A stretch of 33,046 nucleotides of DNA from Basidiobolus meristosporus CBS 931.73 (taxonomy: Eukaryota > Fungi > Basidiobolomycota): NCBI GenBank assembly GCA_002104905.1, contig MCFE01000825.1, forward strand, positions 1 through 33,046, read 5' to 3'. Of the stretch, positions 31,356 through 33,046 are shown one piece after another (position 1 is the stretch's first letter; each line of letters starts with the position of its first letter). The notes under the pieces were generated by a model. That model was not told where the DNA came from. It ran no database searches and was given only the letters and a program-made list of their open reading frames with translations. Made by a program: the position numbers and the translations under genes.

Positions 31356-33046
31356 ATGACTTCTACCAGCAAACAAAGCAATACCAACATCGTCCCTGTA
31401 AAGGAGAGGTTTGATGGGAAGAACTACAGACTTTGGAGAATCAAGATGCCAATCCACCTTGAGGAAAGAAAGCTTTGGAACATAGTAAAAGGAAAGGAAG
31501 TTGAGCCTAAAGGAACAGCAGAAGATGTGGAGAAGTTTCAAGAGAAGGAGAGAAAGGCCTTCAATGCAATATGCATCAATGTGCAAGACTCCTTCATTGG
31601 ACATATCCATGCCTCAAATACTGCCAAAGCAGAATGGGAATCCTTAGAGAAGATCTTTAGAGCAAAGTCAGTATCAAGCAAGCTTTATTTGAAACAAAAG
31701 TTCTTCAACATGAGAAAAAAGCCAGATGATGACATGCTACAACTCATTACCAGAATGGAGACACTTGCAGAAGAACTTTACAGCATTAATGCTGGTGTAG
31801 ATGATGAAGAAAAGATACTCTGTCTGCTTTGCAGCCTACCAGACAAGTATGAGCTACTCATACTTTCTTTTGAAAGCAGAGAAGACAACTTGACTTTAGA
31901 CTATGTCAAAGGAAGACTTCTCCATGAAGAACTCAGACGTAATGATCAAGCAGAGAAAATTGAAGATAATGCTTTATTCAGTTCAGAAAGGCATACAGAA
32001 AAGAAGGGAAAGCAACAAAACCAAAGAAAACCTGGCTGCTGTAACTACTGTAAGAAGCCAGGACACCAGGCAAGAGAATGCAAGAAGAAACAAGCAGACA
32101 AAAAACAGAAACTAGAGCAGGCAAACCATATAACTACTGATGAACAGTTATTTGTAACTGTACAAGAGAGTGCAAGTAACCAAAGTAATGAATGGTATAT
32201 TGACTCTGGAGCATCACAGCATATTTGTGGCATAAAGGACTGGTTCAGCAACTTAAAGACTATTCCCGTAAGAAAGGTTTATCTGGGAGATAACTCTGCA
32301 TTGGAAGCTACCGCCAGTGGGTCTATACAACTAAATATGAGTGATAACTCAGTGGCAACAACAGCAAAACTGACTGATGTACTCAATGTACCTGGAATAG
32401 CTAAGAACCTACTCTCAGTCAGTAAAGCAACTACTCAGGGACTGAAATTTGTTTTTACTAAGCTGAGCTGCTGAATATTGAGTGAAAATGGACAAAAATT
32501 AGCTTTGGGAATCAGTGATCACAATATATACAAGTTACAATGCAAGATAATTGTACCTGATTATGTCAACATTGCTGAAACTGATGAAACCAACTGGGAG
32601 ACATGGCATAGGAGGCTAGGACACATAGGGGAACAGAAAATGAGCAAATTGGTGAAAAATCAGCTTGTTTTGGGCCTAAAATACTCAATTCCAATCAAAT
32701 TGAATGTTTGTAAGGGATGTTCATATGGCAAACAAGCTAGGCAATGTTTTAAGAGCTCAGAAGGCATCAATACCACCAAAATATTGGCTATTGTACACTC
32801 AGACATATGTGGCCCCATGAGAACACTGTCCTTTGGAGCCAAGAGATACTTTATGACGTTTACTGATGACAAGACAAGATATACATGGGTGTACATCCTC
32901 AAAACAAAGGATGAAGCTTTAGAGACGTTGAAGCAATTCAAGAACATGGCAGAAACTCAAACTGGGTGTAAATTGAAGGTACTACAAAGTGACAATGGAG
33001 GAGAATACTGCTCAAAGGAGTTTGCAAGATACTGCTTGTCTACTGG
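31356..33046 (+). pseudogene. pol: copia-2 Gag-Pol (gag, CCHC, protease, integrase N-half), one in-frame TGA at 32472
   Basis: RFDGKNYRLW, CNYCKKPGHQAREC, WYIDSGASQH; after the TGA the same frame gives WHRRLGH, CKGC, HSDICGP and SDNGGEY up to the window end. Confidence 0.94.

Larger units (their letters stand above)
30951..33046 (+). mobile_element. Ty1/copia LTR retrotransposon (copia-2), 5' part, runs off the window
   Basis: LTR 30951-31319, PBS GGCTATGAGCCCC at 31320-31332, gag-PR-IN in one frame. Confidence 0.95.

Noticed and set aside
20676-32474. TGA read-through or genetic-code reassignment to explain the six in-frame TGA codons
   Set aside because: Arg fits better than Trp at conserved sites (EDRPKTAF, CRI), TGG is used for Trp throughout, and parallel CpG missense changes hit catalytic residues.

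Overview
This window is eukaryotic (probably fungal; inference), is strongly CpG-depleted, and consists almost entirely of nested transposable elements. No host gene, RNA gene or CRISPR array is supported. The backbone is four diverged copies of one CMC/EnSpm (CACTA-like) DNA transposon family with CCCTA termini, in alternating orientation: A ~1547-5496 (+), B ~5494-19563 (-), E 19564-28219 (+) and C 28220-30807 (-). The family carries a Tnp2-type transposase and a divergently oriented, unidentified accessory gene. Nested in this backbone are: (1) a deleted Ty3/gypsy element (5568-13959, gag plus protease only), whose gag is split by a full-length degenerate Ty1/copia element (6965-11835, minus, TSD AAACC) that carries a 177-bp MITE and a 56-bp micro-inversion in one LTR; (2) a related solo LTR (14099-15136, TSD GCAG); (3) a 331-bp CCCTA-ended MITE (16168-16498, TSD AAT); (4) two copia LTR relics; (5) a young, CpG-rich, full-length Ty3/gypsy element (19919-26684, 386-bp LTRs with 5 differences, TSD GATTG) with gag, pol and an unexplained ~389-codon third ORF at the env position; (6) a second copia element (30951 to the end) inserted antiparallel into an LTR of its own family. 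All six premature stops in the two best-preserved elements are in-frame TGA, consistent with CGA>TGA CpG deamination. Alignments and counts were done by eye and are approximate; no database searches were run.
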